Below the pieces are notes generated by a model. The model saw only the letters and a program-made list of their open reading frames with translations, searched no databases and was not told where the DNA came from. This document shows, in pieces, positions 61,401 through 64,000 of a stretch of 64,000 bases of DNA. The stretch's first letter is position 1; the number at the start of each line of letters is the position of its first letter. Origin of the DNA: Bugula neritina (lineage: Eukaryota; Animalia; Bryozoa); contig OZ037769.1 in NCBI GenBank assembly GCA_964035545.1, forward strand, positions 10,694,633 through 10,758,632, in the 5' to 3' direction. The position numbers were made by a program, and so were the translations under genes.

Positions 61401-63831
61401 CAACCATCCCAATGCCAACAGGCATTTATGTACATTCTAACTGGTAATTGATAACACGCACAATGAAACTACAGAACAATAATCATTATAACAATAAATA
61501 TAATTCACCTATATGTCTAAATATATTCAACTATATATACTAAAACCTTTTACGTTGCTTATTCTTGTTTATTCTTCAACATGTGTACTATCTTACATTA
61601 CATAATAAAACCATGCCTATTGAAGGCATTGAAGTATAGAGTTTACTAGCAAAAACTTTCCAATCTAGAACTTCCTTTCCTAACTAGATTTTAAGTGTTT
61701 AAGCAATTTTTCCTTGTAATTTTTATGGCTTTTTAATATAATCTAATATCCTGCTTTTACTCTAACTTGCCACCAGTGATGACCATACCAGGCCCACCTG
61801 TGATAACATATAGTCCCAGCCAAGAGGTGTACGAGGGCACGCTTGTGTCCATAACATGCGTCTCACAAACCAAAGACCCTAAGAACACCAAAGTGAGTTG
61901 GATAAGATCCGGAGACATACTGGCTGGAGAAGTGGTGCAGGGCTCTGCTAGTGTTACTAACACAATTACTTTACCTGCTTTGCTTAGTGACAGCTCTGCC
62001 AGATATGAGTGTCACGTAGACCATGAGAACCTTCCAGAAGCCTTAATAGATTATGCTAGCATTAAAGGTAGGCGGAGACAAGCATACAACCGCACTCCAT
62101 ACAGATACAGTCTTATGTCAATTGGTTTATCTTCAAACACATTAATTATTTCTATCTCACTATAATTATCCATCTTAAGCATCATTTGTTCCAGTGTTAA
62201 GGAACCAGCCTGTAACTTATGCAGCACATAATGTTATATATGATAGCATGTGCTCCTTACTTGTGTACGTCATCTTGTCCTCTATCTCACAGTTCTCGGG
62301 CTGCCTGGGGTTCCAGTTATTATTGCGGAACCTGAAGGTGCAGTGAAAGTTGGTAGTAAAGTAGCTCTGAGCTGCGTCAGTGAAGGATCCGACCCAAACA
62401 CCCAGTTACTTTGGTACAGAGATGGAAGGTATGTTACTAGCTGGTGTTGTAATACTGATACTGGTACTAGTACTGGTATTGGTACTGGTCATGGTATTGG
62501 TATTGGCACAGTGGTACTGGTAATGGTACTGATACTGGTACAGTGGTACTGGTAATGGTACTAATACTGGTACACTGGTACTAATACTGGTACTGGTACT
62601 GGTACTGGTACTGGTACTGGTACTGATACTGGTACTGGTACTGATACTGATACTGGTACTGGTAATGGTACTAATACTGGTACACTGGTACTAATACTGG
62701 TACTGGTACTGATACTGATACTGGTACTGGTAATGGTACTGATAGATATGTAAGTTACCAACATCTGCATCATGATTTAAACTTCTTGCAGTGTGGTTGA
62801 CCGCACATATGCCATATCTGGAGCCTTGGTAGTCAATACTCTAACTATACCAGCTGCAATATCAACCAGAGAATATGAGTGCAGAGTCGTCCACCCTAAA
62901 CTTACTGATGATCTCGTTGAATACCACACTGTTACAGGTATTCTTCTAGAATATTCTCAAACTGCTATAAACAGTTTTTGCTGCAAATGAAGCAATAATT
63001 AACAAGAAGCCTATAACCATAACAGATGAAAGTTGCTTAAAGCACTATTCAGCTTGAAATTTAAGAGTAAAACTAGATTAGTTGATTGAGCTATGTGATC
63101 TGTCTCAAAATATGAATAAGAAATAATTCAGACAAAGTCTAATTATGAAGGTCAGCCATAGCCCTTTATATATATTATGTTGTATCAAATGTAAATCAAC
63201 ATCTTTAGAGCTAAAATTTGCATGTTGAGATGAAAAATTTCCTGTGAAGCAAAAAGTTTGGCTTACAGATGTTCTTAGAAAAAAAGGAGTGTAAGTTAGT
63301 ATATTGGTTAATTTTACCGATTACTACCACCAGCATTGCAAGATACTCTAAGCTCTCTCACAGCTGTCAGTGACCTCAACATACAGGGCGCCGAGGGGGA
63401 CATATTATGAGTCATAGCAAGTCTAAACAACAAATCACTGTGTGTTTCTTTTTGTAAACAAACAATGTTCAAGTAGTATTAATTTACATAATTTACAGCA
63501 TATCAGTATAGAAAATTCAATGTATAAACACAGTACTTATCCCATCTAAATGAAATCTTCAGAAATTTACATTCCTTAAATATTGTTAATTCAGGCAACT
63601 GAAATTCATAGTAGCTGTAAATTATGCCTAGTGATTTTCCTGTTTATATAAAATTGTTTATAATGTTATTTAGTTTGCTTTCATAGTGTACAGGTTACCA
63701 GACCCCCCTACAATAAAGTCACCAAAGGCAGGGTTAAACCCAAATGCTTCCATCACTTTGGTGTGCACAGCTGAGAATGCTGATAGGAATACGTCCTTAG
63801 TTTGGTTGAGAGGCGGGAAGGTGATTGATAG
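49475..63831 (+). CDS. Signal peptide + vWA (integrin-I/collagen VI/matrilin type) + >=4 tandem Ig-like domain protein; 3' end beyond the window
   Basis: Exons 49475-49553 (MKGLAHQIILNIGFITLMLPHSMGAV), 55788-55986, 58670-58871, 59026-59200, 59468-59652, 59975-60098, 61777-62067, 62293-62428, 62792-62937, 63687-63831; the next acceptor is at 63998. Phases are consistent throughout. vWA motifs: DIVVVLDSSTSI, GGGTNT, CIVITDGKS, MFALGVG. Ig motifs: P-x-I..G..L-x-C..L-x-W-x-R-x-G..YEC-x-V-x-H. Assignment of the first exon is less certain than the rest. Confidence 0.85.
51778..51990. mobile_element. Tc1/mariner-type MITE, 213 bp
   Basis: 21-bp TIRs CAATGCTCCCTTCGTATCTCA / TGAGATAGGGAGGGAGCACTG (3 mismatches). 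Right flank is TA, left flank is TG (decayed TA). No ORF; a second partial copy lies at about 42.0 kb. Confidence 0.7.
55987..56052. repeat. 25-bp tandem repeat, about 2.6 copies, starting at the splice donor
   Basis: GTAACCATAGCAACAG at 55987, 56012 and 56037. Confidence 0.88.
59705..59845. repeat. Composite repeat of TAGTGCAACTG / TAAGTCACA units
   Basis: About 4-5 imperfect 30-bp units. Confidence 0.75.
62450..62745. repeat. (TACTGG)n hexamer microsatellite
   Basis: Direct observation; source of the poly-VP and poly-ST ORFs. Confidence 0.92.
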
Positions 63832-64000
63832 GTCAGTCTCAGTCTATCTTGAGCTTTGTGCTGAGTAACTTCAGCTGTTGATAGATACGATGTGTACAGC
63901 TTGCTATTCTTCAGTTACTAGAGTTGTCCCCCTTGCATATTACCACACATGGCTATCTAGTCAGAAGCTTCAATCTTATTTAGAGTTATATTTTTCAGCA

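Noticed and set aside
62429-62773. Apparent TM helix after Ig3 (VVLVMVLILV) and the poly-VP ORF
   Set aside because: Read-through into the (TACTGG)n intron repeat; the Ig domain is completed by the phase-2 exon at 62792.
55788-63831. Hemicentin or nephrin orthologue
   Set aside because: The vWA is of canonical collagen/matrilin type and joins Ig1 directly, unlike hemicentin; nephrin has no vWA.

Overview
AT-rich, intron-containing animal genomic DNA. It is probably an invertebrate; the lineage cannot be fixed from sequence alone. Four spliced protein-coding genes were reconstructed by hand from GT-AG sites with consistent intron phases. (1) The 5' part of an ABCA1-like lipid transporter on the minus strand (15 exons, 4674-16358, continuing left through a >4.6 kb (CACT)n array) with an unusually long first extracellular domain. 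(2) A complete 4-exon, 194-aa MPO1/DUF962-family membrane protein on the plus strand (22266-24938), of which the ORF track shows only one exon; it sits head-to-head with ABCA. (3) A complete 641-aa Prickle (Cys-rich + PET + 3 LIM + CaaX) on the minus strand (26219-36996). (4) The 5' part of a secreted or cell-surface protein with a signal peptide, one vWA domain and at least 4 tandem Ig domains on the plus strand (49475 to beyond the window end). The ABCA introns carry many unrelated minisatellites, often right beside splice sites. There are also Tc1/mariner-type MITE copies, two degenerate tRNA-derived SINE-like copies and a 65-bp-arm foldback. Most remaining ORFs in the track are repeat-derived or antisense shadows. 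No rRNA, intact tRNA or CRISPR array was seen. All exon models are manual predictions without transcript evidence.
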